This document shows, piece by piece, positions 46,151 through 58,135 of a stretch of 64,000 nt of DNA. Position 1 is the first letter of the stretch. Each line of letters begins with the position of its first letter. The position numbers and the translations under genes were made by a program. Origin of the DNA: Prorocentrum cordatum (taxonomy: Eukaryota); contig CAUYUJ010000223.1 in the NCBI GenBank assembly GCA_963575745.1, forward strand, positions 1 through 64,000, given 5' to 3'. The notes beneath the pieces are model-generated. The model ran no database searches, was not told the origin of the DNA, and saw only the letters and a list, made by a program, of their open reading frames with translations.

Positions 46151-47879
46151 ACTTTATCCCCCTCCTCCTCCGCCTCGCCCTTCCCCCGCCCCCCCCCGCA
46201 AGGAGGATGTGCAAGGAGGCGGGGGGAAGGAGTAACAGGGGAGATATGCGGGGCCAAGCGGACACGCGCCTGGAAAACACGACTGCCGGCATGCTTCGCA
46301 AGAGTTGCTGTTGTGAGATGGGCTGGTGGGGATGCGCGAAGCGTGAAGAATTTAATGGTGACGCCGATCCTGTCCTCGAAACTGGACGCGGGCTCCGGTG
46401 TCTGAAACTCCTTATCGATATTGGCCGCGACGGTTTTCATGCAGCGTTTGTAGTGCTGCAGCTTGCTGAGGGCGTTGGGGTTGGAGAGGTGCTTGACGGA
46501 CTCGCGGTGCTCCAGCGCCAGGCGACGCGGAGAGTCAGGGTGCGAAATGGCCCGCGACGATAATCCTTTCTCCTCCCATGGCAATTTCTGCGGACCGCAT
46601 CGGGGAAATGAAACTGCCCGGCGATGTGAAAAGATCCCGCTGCCACTCCAGAGCCGAGGAACGGAGATGACGATCAAGCTGTTCGGCGACGTGTCGATTG
46701 CAATACATCCAGTCGAGACGAGCCCGTGAGCTGCAGGAGGCGTGCGTGCACTCGCCCTGGTACATGTCGACTAAGCCGAACTTCGCTCCGAGGACCTCCT
46801 GAAAATGCTTCTCTTCCCCCTGGCCCTTGCGACCCGTAACCTGCGCCGACGTCAGGGGAACCTGGTCAACCTCGGAGACCGCGCAATTGAAGTCCCCGCC
46901 GAAGAAGGAGAGCGCGTCGTCCTGCTTCGAAAGCAAGGCGATCCGGGAGCGAAGGAGGCGACGAAGTTCAGGGAAGGAAGTCATGGAGGGCATCAAATAC
47001 TCCGGGACGCCGCGCAGATCGCACTCTGAGAGCGTGCTCGACGAGCCCTGGAAGTATCCCACCACCACGCCCAGCGCGCCGGAGGGGCCGCGGAGGCGGA
47101 GAACAGCCGCGCGGCCGCGCCAGATGTGGACGAATTCAGGGTTCGGCTCGAACTGCTGGAGGAAAGCGTCCTCGATGATGAGGCCGACTCCCGCGTGTCC
47201 TGGCGTCGGGCCCTGTGACCGCCAGGCTGTGGTGTTCGGCGGCCTGTGCCGCGTTGAGTTGGAGATATCCGAGCCGTGGGCCTCCGTGATCATGACAATG
47301 TCCGCCTTGCGCATCAGTTTGTGCACATATGCGCTCTTAGCGGCGTGCCGGTAAGGGTCCGCCGCGAAGAGGGCCTGCGCGTTCCACGTGATCGCCGAGA
47401 GATCGCCTGTGAATTGGCCCGTCCGGCGACCGGCTGAGGAGGGATGCGCCTCCGGCAGAGCTCGGGCCAGCGGCGGGAGGATCGTGTCGGGGCTGATGGC
47501 GCCGAGAGCTCGCAGGAGCCGTTGGCGTCGAATAGTACAGGCGGGGACGTCCATGGCGAACCCGTTCACAGAGGTGGCCAAATCGCACTCGTGGATGGTC
47601 AGCGGCGGAAGGAGAGGCAGCAAGCGGTCGTTGTTAATTGCGGCCCTGCGGGAAGGGGAGCGAGAACGAGACGCCGAAAAAGAAGACGACGGGGAACGGC
47701 CCGAAGGCGGCGCCGGCAAGTGGCCCAAGCGACTCGGCGAAGCAGAAGCGTCGCGGAGGCGAAAGACGACCCGCATGGCGTAGCCCGATAAGCCCGTGCA
47801 ATCAGTGAAACGAACTCCGAAGTCGCAGCCGGGCTGCGACGGATGTCCAGGGTGATCCGGGGCACGGCGGACACCTTGT

Positions 47880-50017
47880 TCCGCGCCCGCGTGCCGTTTC
47901 CCCTCCCGCGCGCGGTCAACATGAGGTCGTTCTTCACCTCGATGCCGACGAGGCCCCTGCCCACCCGGATGGCTTGGCCGTGGAGTGCCGCATAGAGTTT
48001 GCGAAGGTCCTCCTGGCTCTTGGCAAGAACCTTGATCACGCCAGCGGGCGCGCGTGGCCCCCGTGAGGCCAGGTGATAGCACTCTCCCGGCTGGGGCGCG
48101 TCTGGGTTGGAGGCCTCGGTGAACTGCGCGCCCGTCGCCGTGCAGACGTGGTCTATCAAGAGCTTAAGCGCGACCGAATCGCCCTGGCCCAACTCGCCCT
48201 TCGCGACGATCTCGGCGATGTGTTCGGAGAGGTGGGCGGCCTTGTTGCCGCGGCGTTTGTCCGCATTGACCAGAGCCGCCGTCGTTGACGGGGCGGCGAC
48301 CCGCGACCTCCATTGCGCGAAGCCTTCCACTTGAGTCTGGTATCCGCGCTCATCTTGTCAGCCAGGCACACCTTGCCATGACCTCTGTCCACGCGTCGGC
48401 GGAGGCCGCCGTGGCGACCAGGTAGCGCTTGGAGTCGAGGGCGAGCATCTGCGAGCAGAGCGGCCAGAAGTGATGCGCTGAGCCGCTGCCGTTGCACTCC
48501 AAGATCATCGGGCCAGAGTCGCTCATGAGGGAGTGGCTGCCATAGAAAATGTCGTTGTGCGGGAGGCACCGGCGGAGGCTCTGCAGGAGCATCGCCTGGT
48601 CCAAAGTTGTGGCCGCGCGAGGGAAGATGACATCAATGACGACTCTCGGTGAAAAACTCGAGCTGATGGGGCTCCGACGGCGATGGCGGAAACATGCGTC
48701 ACGCAAGCCGCCCGTGCGAGCTAGCGCGAGGAACTGCGGGAGATGGTCCGCGTGCATGTCGAACGCGAAGGCGTCGTAGTCGCCGACCGTCAATATGGCG
48801 CCAGGGCTGATCATCTTAGGGATGCTCCTGGGCATCACGTGCGACAGCGTAAAGATTGCAATGCCCTTGGGCTCGTGCCGGGGGGCGCTGACGGCGTTGG
48901 ACGCGATCATCTCGAATGGGAAGGCTGCAAAAGAAAACCCCCGAACGATAGGCATCCACCGCTCGGACAAGAAAGGCGGGAAGCTCCAGAGATCCGCGAT
49001 GTTGCCGACCGAGTGCGTGCCCTTCTCGCAAGGAAAAATTGCAAGAACCTGTAGCGAAGCTGGCCGTTGGTCCTCCGGGGCCCGGCGCATAAAAGAAGCG
49101 AGGCAGCGAGAAAGCGCACTCGGGTCCTTGGGGGCCCACATGCAGACTTGCTTACCGTTCACGAGGTCCCACATGCGGTCGCCCCGGTTCTCGGGGATCG
49201 AAGCGAAGGCGCGGGCGAGCGGCAGCGTCGTCTCTGGGGCAGGGGTGGCCTGCAAGAGGTTAGACCAATGCGTGAGCATGATTACCTCCGGCAAAATCGA
49301 GTTCTCCCTGACCAGGTCCAGCGCGCCCTTGCCCAGCCCCTTCCAGTTCGGGAGCTTCGCGGGCTTTAGGCGGCGGCGCTCGGTAAGTACAGCGGGCGGC
49401 TCCTTCTCGCAGTCGGCGGCCGCCTGAGAGACCTTGCGAAGCGCTTCTTGTGCCTGCTGCCGGTCAGCGCCATTCCAGTCCACGTGCATGGCAAGAGAAA
49501 GGACCTCGCGCGCAGCCCGCTCGCGAGCCGCCAAGCCGATCGCAGTGGGGCCGGGGCCGTCGAGTTTTGCAAAACCTAAGACCTCCCAGGGGTCATCGGC
49601 GTCGAAGTGCTAGCCCAGGCGCTTCAGGGTGAGGAGCAGGTCGTCCGAGCAGTCCGGGTACTTGAACGGCGAGGTAGCCATGGCCGGGTCCGCATCGACG
49701 TTCGCCTGAACCAGCTCGAAGTGCTGGAGGATCTCGCGTTCGAACCACTCCTTCAGCAACTTCCCGAGAACCTCGGTAGCGCGGCTCCGAAAAGGCGGCG
49801 GGGCGGGCGCGGCAGACCCAGCTCCCGGAGCCGGAAGCCCGTCGCCCTCGTCAACCTCGATGGCGTCCAGCTCGGCCATCGTCTGGGCCACCTGGGGGTC
49901 CGCGACTGCGCCAACCTGCAAGGCCGCCAAGCCCTGAGTGGCGCCAGTGTCACTGGCGTCGGCGCCCATGCTGTCGCGATCCGCAATGGCGGCGAAGGGG
50001 CCAGCAGCAGCTGCCAT
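47880..50017 (-). pseudogene. ORF1 of the Tx1-like LINE with a J-domain-like segment
   Basis: MAAAAGPF.. from 50017, in-frame TAG at 49610-49612, ORF 48350..49534, two frameshifts near 48380 and 48310, then ORF 47599..48330. Confidence 0.7.
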
Positions 50018-50119
50018 GGGGTGCCTAGGTGTAGGTCGGGTCCGAAGAACGGTCGGGGTCAGCCGAATCAAAAACTGTACAGGTTTAACATTGCCTTGAC
50101 TGTCTTGACTTGAGCCATT

Positions 50120-51388
50120 TTTCCCTTCGTATCCATATGTATTATTATGTGTTCTCGTCGTCGTCTCAATGTGATTCGTCGTGTTCGTCTTTTTCGCGTC
50201 AACAATAATAGGAGCATTCGTCCGCAAATTATTCTCAATCCTAGTCGTCGTAGTAGTGTTGTTCGTGGCATTCGCATGGGTAGTTGTCGCATGAGTATTA
50301 GCCGTCGTTCTTCTTCTTATCATTAGTAACAGTATTCGTATTAAGTTTACTTGTGTTGTAATCAACCGACGTAGTAAGGACGCGCGGCAAGGATGCAAGG
50401 GCCTTGGGAGGCCACGTCGACACCGTGCGAGCGGGACGCGGCCAGCGCAAGTGGCCAAGGATGGACAGGGGAGTCAAGCATGCGAGGGTGCGTTTGGGAA
50501 TGTTGCCCATCCTTACGATGCGGGTGTACTGCATTATTCTGCTAAGTAGCACCACGCTGACTGGAATTATCCTTTTTCTTCTTGCTACTATTTAGGTAGT
50601 AATATGAATAGGCATGGCATGCGTACTCCTAGTATTCCTCCTCCTCCTCCGCCTCCTCCTCCTCCTCCTCCTCCTCCTCTTCCTCCTCCTCCTCCTCCTA
50701 CTACTCCTCCTACTCTTACTCCTCCTCCTCCTCCTCCCCTCCTCCTCCCTCTTTATCCTCCTCCGCGCCCCCCCCGTCCCGTCCGTCCGTCCGTCCCTCC
50801 TCCTCCTCCAACGCCTCCTCCTCCTCCTCCTCCTCCTCCTCCTCCTCCTCCTCCTCTTCCTCCTCCCCCCCATCCTCCCCCTCCTCCCCCTCTTCCTCCT
50901 CCTCCTCCTCCTCCGCCTCCTCCTCCTTCTCATCTTCCTCCTCTTCCTCCTAGTCATTCCGTCTCCTCCTCCTCCTCCTCGTCGTCCTCGCCCCCCCCCC
51001 CCTCCTCTTCCGCCTTCTCCTCCTCCTGCTCCGCTTCCTCCTCCTCCGTCTCCTCCTCGCCCTCGCCCTCGTCCTCGCCCTCCTCCACCTTCTCCTCCTC
51101 CCCCAGCATCCTCGTATTAGTCTTGGTAGAAGTAATGAATAGGATAAGTCCTGGTGCTAGTATTCATGTTATCCCTCCTCCTCCTGCCCCTCCTCCTCCT
51201 CCTCCTCCCCCCCTTCCCCCCCTCCTATTCCTCCTCCTTCTCTCCTCCTCGGCCTCGTCCTCCTCCTCCTCCTCCTCTTCTTCCTCCCCCCCGTCCTCGT
51301 CCTCGTCCTCCGCCTCGCCCCCCTCCTCTCCTCCTCCTCCCCTCCTCCTCCTCTCTTCTCCTCCTCCTCCTCCATCCTGTTCCTCCTC
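50120..51388. repeat. AT-rich low complexity followed by long (CCT)n tracts (50635-51110, 51172-51388)
   Basis: Directly visible. Confidence 0.9.
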
Positions 51389-54300
51389 AGCCATTCTGCG
51401 CCGAGCCGCCTTTGCGCCTGCAGAGAGGCGGGGCGGTGTGGGAGAGCGCCAACTTCAGAGTGGCACTGCGCTCTCGAGCCTTTTCATGGCCCCAAGCTCC
51501 AAGTCGCGGGATGGAGGCTGGGCTTGCAGCGGATGCAAAGCTCGGAATGGGGACAACTACGATATTTCTGCTGGAAGTGCTGGAAGGTTCGCGACTCCGC
51601 GAAGACGGCGAACCACGGCGCGGCCAGCTCCCAGGACGACGCAGAGGCCGAGGACGCCACCAAAGCAAAGCTCAATAAGTCACGGGCACACCTGACGGCA
51701 GGCGGAGGACCCAGACTTGGCCAAGCACGCCCAGGGGAACATCGACGTCGTGCAGAAAGAAGTTGATGACTTGCAGGCAGCTGTCGACAGCGGCAACGAC
51801 ATCCCACGTTGCTTCTCGGAGCGCAAGTTGGTCCGAGAGAGGAACAAAACGCAGGCGCAGCGTGAGCGCACACAGGAGCGGGCTGAGAAGCTGGAGCAGG
51901 AGATCAAGGAGGCCCAGGAGAAGCTTGACAGGGAGAAAGCCCTCTTGGCCAGACAAGATGAGAAATTGCAAAAGCAGAGTGCCCGCATCGAAGAGCTCAG
52001 CGTGCCCGAGCCGGGCAAGGGCTGGAGAGCGGCCGCGTCGTTCCTGGAGCAAGCCAAGAAGTGCCTGCGCGACCAGGAGACGGACACCAAGATCGCCGCA
52101 GCCCTCCGTCACGCGCAGCAGCAGCACACCGCAGAGGAGGAGCGAGCTGCAGCGGCCGCAGCAGCAGCAGCCGCCAAGGCCAAGAAGGAGGCCGACGCCG
52201 CAGCGCGGGAGGCCGCCCACGACAAGCAGCAGAGGAACAAGCGCAGAGCCGAGGAGGAGATCAAGCAGGAGCTGGTCTCCTCCCCGCAGAACGCCGACGC
52301 GACGCAGATCACAAATATCACGCAGGATGCGGGCTGCACAGCCGAGCAGATCGAGCGCCACCAGCCTCACCTTCTGCCTCTGCTTGCTGGCATGCAGCCT
52401 GACACCGCGCTCACTATCAGCAAGAGCATGTGGACGGACCCGCCTTCTTCCTGACGAACAGCAGGGGCAAGGGTTCTTCACCATCAATGCGAACTCCATC
52501 GGCACGCTGGAGCGGACCATGCGCCCCATCAGGTACACGCACAAGGATCCCATCATCATGGCGCAGGAGCTGCAGGCAAACGAGCACAGCATCTCCTGCT
52601 TCACGCAGCGCATGCAGAAGGAGGGCTGGAGGCTGGGCATTGCGCCGAGCGTCCGCACCGCACCGGGGGGCTGGAGCGCAGGGGTGCTCCTGGCGACTGT
52701 GCGGCCAAACAACATGAGCTACGCCAGGGGGCTCGACACGTGGGACATCTCGCCCCGCGAGTCCAAGGGCCGCCTCGCGATTGGCTGGGTCCGCGCCCGC
52801 GGCAAGGACCTCGGCAAGGAGGGCACCACCATAGGCGCGGCCCACATCTGGGTCGGCGAGGGCATGACGGACCGCAACAGGGCCATCCTACGGAACTTCA
52901 CTACGGCCGCGGCAGCGGCAGAGAAGTATTGGATCCTGGGCGGCGACTTCAACATGGACCCAGCAGAGCTCCAGCACACAGGGGTGGTCAAAAGGATGGA
53001 CGGGGTCATCGTGTTCGACACCTCGCGCGGCTCGTGCGTCACTTCGGGCGAGGCACGGCACCGCGACTACTTCATCATGTCCAAGACGCCCCTGGACGGC
53101 CCGCTCCACGTGGCCGTGCAGGATCAGCACAACACGCGCCGCACTCACCTGTGCTCCTGCGAGTGCCTCGCCCACGGGAAGAGGCACGCTGGGTGCGGGT
53201 ACTACGGCGCCAACGGCGATGGCCACTGCAGCTGCCCACAGACTGCGTGGCGGGGCCGACTTCGTGGCCACGACTCCTGGAGCACCGCAGGCATACTCAG
53301 GACGATGTGGACAGCTACTGGGGCAACCTGGCCAACCCGTACGAGGAGCACCTGAACAAGTACTTCAACTACGTCGGTCTGGACTGGCACGAGCACAAGG
53401 GCCACCTGCAGCTGCCCACCTACGCGTGGGAGCAGCTCAAGCCGCCCACGGTGCACGAGGCCGCGCGAGAGCAGCAGTGGGCGGAGGCAGCTGAGTGGCT
53501 GGGCCGACGCTTGGAACACGTCAGCACAGCAGTGCGAGCGCGGTGGAAGAACGGGAAGCAAGAGACGTTGGTCTGGGCTCAGAACAACGCCAAGGGCATC
53601 CTAGGGAAGGACATCATCGGGCCGCTCCTCGAGCGGAACCACCCAGCATGGCGCGCCGAGCCCGACCAGGAGCGGGACAACGGCGACGCCACGGACGAGC
53701 AGGAGAACACAGACAACCTGGACGAGTTAAACTACACACTGCGCCGAGTCGAGGAGGACATGACGAGCCTCCCAGAGAGTACTCCTCGGCGGACCCCCGC
53801 TGTCCTCGGCCCCACGGCTTCGCAGGACTGCCCGCTGGTCGGGGCGGAAGCGGCAGGAGAGCGCCGCCGACCGACGGGGCGGGGGCGATACACGGACACC
53901 GATTGTGGCAAGTTGGTGAACACAGTCGCCTGGATCGACGCCGAGCACATCACCGAGAGGGGCTTGCACTACGTGGACTGCGTGGCCAAGCTCATGACAG
54001 TTGCTAGCCAGCGCACATGGCGGCGAGCACGACAGGAAGTGGCTCGAAACTGGCGACGCTGGGTGACCAAGCACAGCCAGGCGGGGGCGGGAGCGCTGCA
54101 CAAGTGGACTAAGCCGCCTGTGCCGTGGGCCCCGATCCAGCCGACAGAGTCCCGCGCCCAGCAGGAGCTCACGCACCCGCAGGTGGCAGCGGACACGGCG
54201 CTGGAGGGCTGGGAGACGGTCTGGGCGGACAGCTACAACGCCGACGAGCCGTGGTGCCAGGCCCCCAGCAACGACGAGTGGAGCGAGCACAGAGCCCCGC

Positions 54301-57300
54301 GGATCACCCCGAGGGACGGCATCGAGGCTTGCGGGCTGTTCCGAGCTGGGACAGGCCTGGGAGAAGCAGACTGGCACCCGCGTCTCTGGAGACATGGCGG
54401 ATTCTCAGGTACGGCACGCGTGGCAAGCGTGCTCAATGCGGTGGAGCGAGGAGCGCCGTGGCCCACGTCGCAGGCCACCATCCTCTTCTACCTCACGCCG
54501 AAGGCGGCAGGAGGCTTCGCAACCTGGGCCTTATCCCTGAGCTGGCGCACGTGTGGGAGACCATCCGCATCCCCTACGCCAAGCGCTGGGAGGCAGCAAA
54601 CAAGCGAGCCTATGACTGGGCACGCCGAGGGAGATCGTCGGAACGCGCGGCATGGCTACAGGCACTCTACTGCGAGGCCGCGCGGGCCGATGGACACGAC
54701 TATGCGGCGACCTACTTCGACTTGATCAAGTGCTCCGAGTGGGTCACCCATCGGAAGGTGTGGGAGGCGTCGCAGAGATGGGGCTTCAATCCAATCATCA
54801 TGCGGACCGTCCTCAAGATCTACAGCATGGCGCGGCGCATCGTCCTGGACGGGTGCTACACCGACGGCAAGGCGTGGCAGCGCGGCATCGTGGCGGGCAG
54901 CAGGTGCGCACCGTTATGTCTCAAGATGGTGATCATCCTCGAGCTGGACAGGCTGGTGCACCAGTTCCCCTGGGCGGACCCGTGCCTCTTCTTCGACGAC
55001 CTCGCCATGGCCACGTGCGGCAGGCACGAGTACGTCGACGAGGTCCACCCGCGGCTCATCGAGGCCGTGGTCACCATGTTCGAGACCACGTTGGACATGG
55101 CCGTCTCGCGCGGCGCGGAGGGGAAGACGGTCACTTTGGCCTCCTCCACCGCGCTGGGCCAGCACATCCACCAGAGTACCAGGCACATCGGCGTGAAAGT
55201 AGTCAAGCACGAGAAGCACCTGGGAGTGACAGCAACAGCATGCAGACGGAGGAAAGTGGCCGTCATCAACAGGCGGGCACTCAAGTTTGCAGCGAGAAAG
55301 GCACGGGTGACAGCCGTGCGCAGAGCAGGAGGAGCGGCGCACAAGCTGATTCGACAAGCCAGAGTGCCAGCCCTCCTCTACGGATCCTCAGTCGTCGGCA
55401 TGGCAGACTCCAAGCTCACCGAGCTCAAGAAGAACGTGGCGGCGGCGATGGGGGGCAACAACAAGAGAAGGTCCACGGCACTCACGCTGCTCAGCGACAG
55501 GATCGACCCAGGCACCCTCGCCAACAGTGGCTCCATCATCGCCTGGGCCACGGCGTGGCAGGAAGCGCTCGAGGACGACCAGTTGGCCGCGCGGCTCCAG
55601 AGCGCGCGGCGCACCTGGGTGATGAAGATATACAAGTGCAAGGCCCCCTGGCTCACAGTTTGGGGGCCAGCGGGGGCGTTCGTGGCGACGGTCAGGCGCC
55701 TCGGCTGGATGACGCAGGCCTCGCACACAGTCACCATCGACGGGAACGTGCTCGACCTCCGCTACACCTTGCTGCAGGAGATCCAGCACCACGTCGCGCG
55801 CACCACGGAGAAGCAGCTGCAGGACGAGTGGGTGAGCCAGCGCGGCCGCCAGTACGGCATCACCTCCATCTTCCTGGCACCGGCGCAGGCACTACTACGA
55901 CGGCCCCTCCAGGGCCGATGGACGCAGGCCCACCGCACCCGAGAGAGGGGCCTGTTCTGCGGAGGGACGTGGCCGCAGGCGCGGCTGCACGCATCAGGAG
56001 TTGCCACCGACAGCACATGCAGAGCGTGCGGGCTGGCACCAGGCACTGACAGGCACCGCACCTTCGCGCGCCCAGTGCGCCAGCCACGCCGCGACGTTGT
56101 CGGAGGCCACCATAGTCAGCAGCGAGGAGCCACCCCCTGGCCAGGCCCAGGAGCCGATGCTCTCTGGGGGCGCGGCATCACGGCCGACCCCGCCGACGAG
56201 CTTGGGCTCTGGGAGCTAGCCTCGTCCGACGACTGGCTCACCGAGGGCAACTGGGACGGCCTCGCGACAGGGGACATCTACGTGGACGGCTCGTTGCAGT
56301 TCGGCGACTACGCACCGCTGCGACGAGGGGGATGGAGCTTCACCAAGCTCAAAGACAACGACGAGTACGACTTGGACTACGTGTGCTACGGGCCCCTCCC
56401 TGGCGCACAGTGGGTCCAGAGCATCCTGCGGGCGGAGCTCTACGCGCTGCCGCAGGCGTTGCGTGTGGGCACCCCGCCCATGCGCATCTTCACCGACTGC
56501 CAGAACGTCGTCGACGGCGTGATGGCAGGACCAGCGTGGCTCGACAAGAGGAGCCGCCCGCACCTCGACCTCTGGGAGTGCATCTCCCAGGCCATCGCAG
56601 AGCTCGGAGGCCTGGGCCCGAGCACCGTGCAGGTGCTGAAAGTGAAAGCCCACGCGACGCGCGCCGAGCGAGCAGCTATCGGGCGCGCGCAGTGGGAGGG
56701 CAACAAAATCGCTGATCAGTATGCCAAGCAGGGAGCGCCGTATCATACCCACCCTGTTTGGTGTAGAGAGGCCTACATTCAGAAGTATCGACTGGTTCGG
56801 GACATCTTGGAATTCGGAGCCTACATGGGAGTCCTGGGCCGTGACATTGTCGACACTGAGCAGGGCTCGAGTCCGACGGACTCGAACCCCCCCCGACCCC
56901 CCCTTGGACCTCCTGAGCCTTCCTGGGAACCTGGGGGCGGTCGTGGGCGAGGAGGGCGGGGCCCTGGTGGCCCCTGAGCCCCCTGCCCCGCCCCTGGAGG
57001 CCGACCTCCCGTCTCGGGCCGCCCCGGGCCGGGGGCGCACCAGGGTCGACAGAGCCCAGAGAGCGGGGCACAAAATAATGACCCGCAGCGCGTACGTCTT
57101 TTGCCGCAGGTGTGCCAGGTACGCCCGTGACAGGTGGGCGGGCCTATTCTCTCCATGTCGCCCTGGGGCCCAAAGGGTGATCGGGGGTAGGCTGAAGCGG
57201 TTGTGGAGCGGGCTACGCCCCTCCACCAACCAGCTCCTATAAGGGCTCCTGGAGTCGAGGGTCTGGCTCGGGGACGGCCCGAAGCGGCCCGAGGCTCCCA

Positions 57301-57354
57301 CGGCGCGGAAGCGTTGGCGGTCGTGATCCGTTTTGGCCCGCACTCATCCGCACT
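51389..57354 (+). mobile_element. Full-length but frameshifted LINE: ORF1 (RanBP2-type finger, coiled coil) and APE-RT-RNase H ORF2
   Basis: ORF1 ~51487-52454; APE TINAN, MAQE, GGDFN, RDYF, HSPV; RT YFDLIKC, GIVAGS, FFDD, KHLG; RNase H YVDGS, RAEL, FTDC, KVKAH, GNKIAD; C-terminal FCRRC; frameshifts near 51555, 53130, 54510, 56900. Confidence 0.92.
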
Positions 57355-57740
57355 CATCCTCTTCCTCCTCCACGTCCTCCTGCTCCTCCCCCCCCCCCCT
57401 CATCATCCCCCCCCATCCTCCTCCCCCCCCCCTTCCCCCCCCCTGCCCCCCCCCTTCCGTCTCCTCATCCTCCTTATCATCCTCTTCCTCCTCTCCTCCT
57501 CTCCTCCTCCTCCTCCCCCTCCTCCTCCCCCTCCTCCTCCTCCTCCTCCTCTTCCTCCTCCTCTTTCTCTTCCTCCTACTCCTCCGTCTCCTCCTCCCCC
57601 TCCTCATCCTCCTCTTCTTCCTGCTCCTCCTCCTCCGCCTTCTCCTCCTCCACCTCCTCCTCCTCCCTCCTGCTCCTCCTGCTCCTGCTCCTGCTCCACC
57701 TCCTCCTCCTCCCCCCCCCCCTCCTCCTCCGTCCCCCCCT
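57355..57740. repeat. (CCT)n / C-rich tract
   Basis: Directly visible. Confidence 0.95.
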
Positions 57741-58135
57741 CTGTTGGCGCAGGAGGGGGGAGGACGGGGGCCTTTGTATCAGCGAGGGGACGATGAGAGG
57801 GGCATAAGTACAGCCTGGCGCCTCGGGCGCCTCTAAGCCAAAGAGGCCAGCACGGAGAGACGAGAGAGAGGGGGCCACGACGAGGGGGGCTCGGAGGGAA
57901 AGGGGGACAGCGGCCCAAACTCTAGCGTGCTAGACCCCCTTGGGCCCCCAGCTGCCCAGACCACGGCTCCGGCCTCGTAGCCGAGGAAGACGGGTCCTGC
58001 CGCCGCGCCAGCCTTGCCCTCTCCAGGGGCAGACGGCGCGGGCGGGCTCCTCCGCTCCCTCCCCCTTGCCTCCTCCCTCTCCTTCTTCTGCGTCGCCGCG
58101 CTCGGGGCGTCTCCTTCCTCTTCCTCTTTCTTTAC

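Larger units (their letters stand above)
44979..46351 (+). mobile_element. Non-autonomous Helentron/Helitron2-like (HINE-like) insert with internal minisatellites
   Basis: Removing it restores the LINE reading GVTIKFLRAVE; CCCACCAGCCC at 44979 is inverted as GGGCTGGTGGG at ~46320; short hairpins at both ends; insertion can be placed at T|T. Confidence 0.65.
42359..47560 (-). pseudogene. L1/Tx1-like ORF2
   Basis: APE ITWNAQAL, ITEAH, GGDFN, ARLDWMY, SHRRAV; RT APGPDGIP, RPLNVTN, QRGFIGGRS, VDFAAAF, GIRQGCPLSP, YADD, KYLG; CILGC..HYAFC. Confidence 0.9.
42359..50117 (-). mobile_element. Decayed L1/Tx1-like LINE (ORF1, APE, RT, zinc finger; no RNase H), interrupted at 44979-46351
   Basis: Domains in the expected order; 3' end not resolved (UTR probably extends below 42359). 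Confidence 0.9.

Noticed and set aside
57921..57934. Palindromic hairpin TCTAGCGTGCTAGA near the Copia 3' end
   Set aside because: Short and single; no TG..CA LTR could be defined and the 5' LTR is outside the window.
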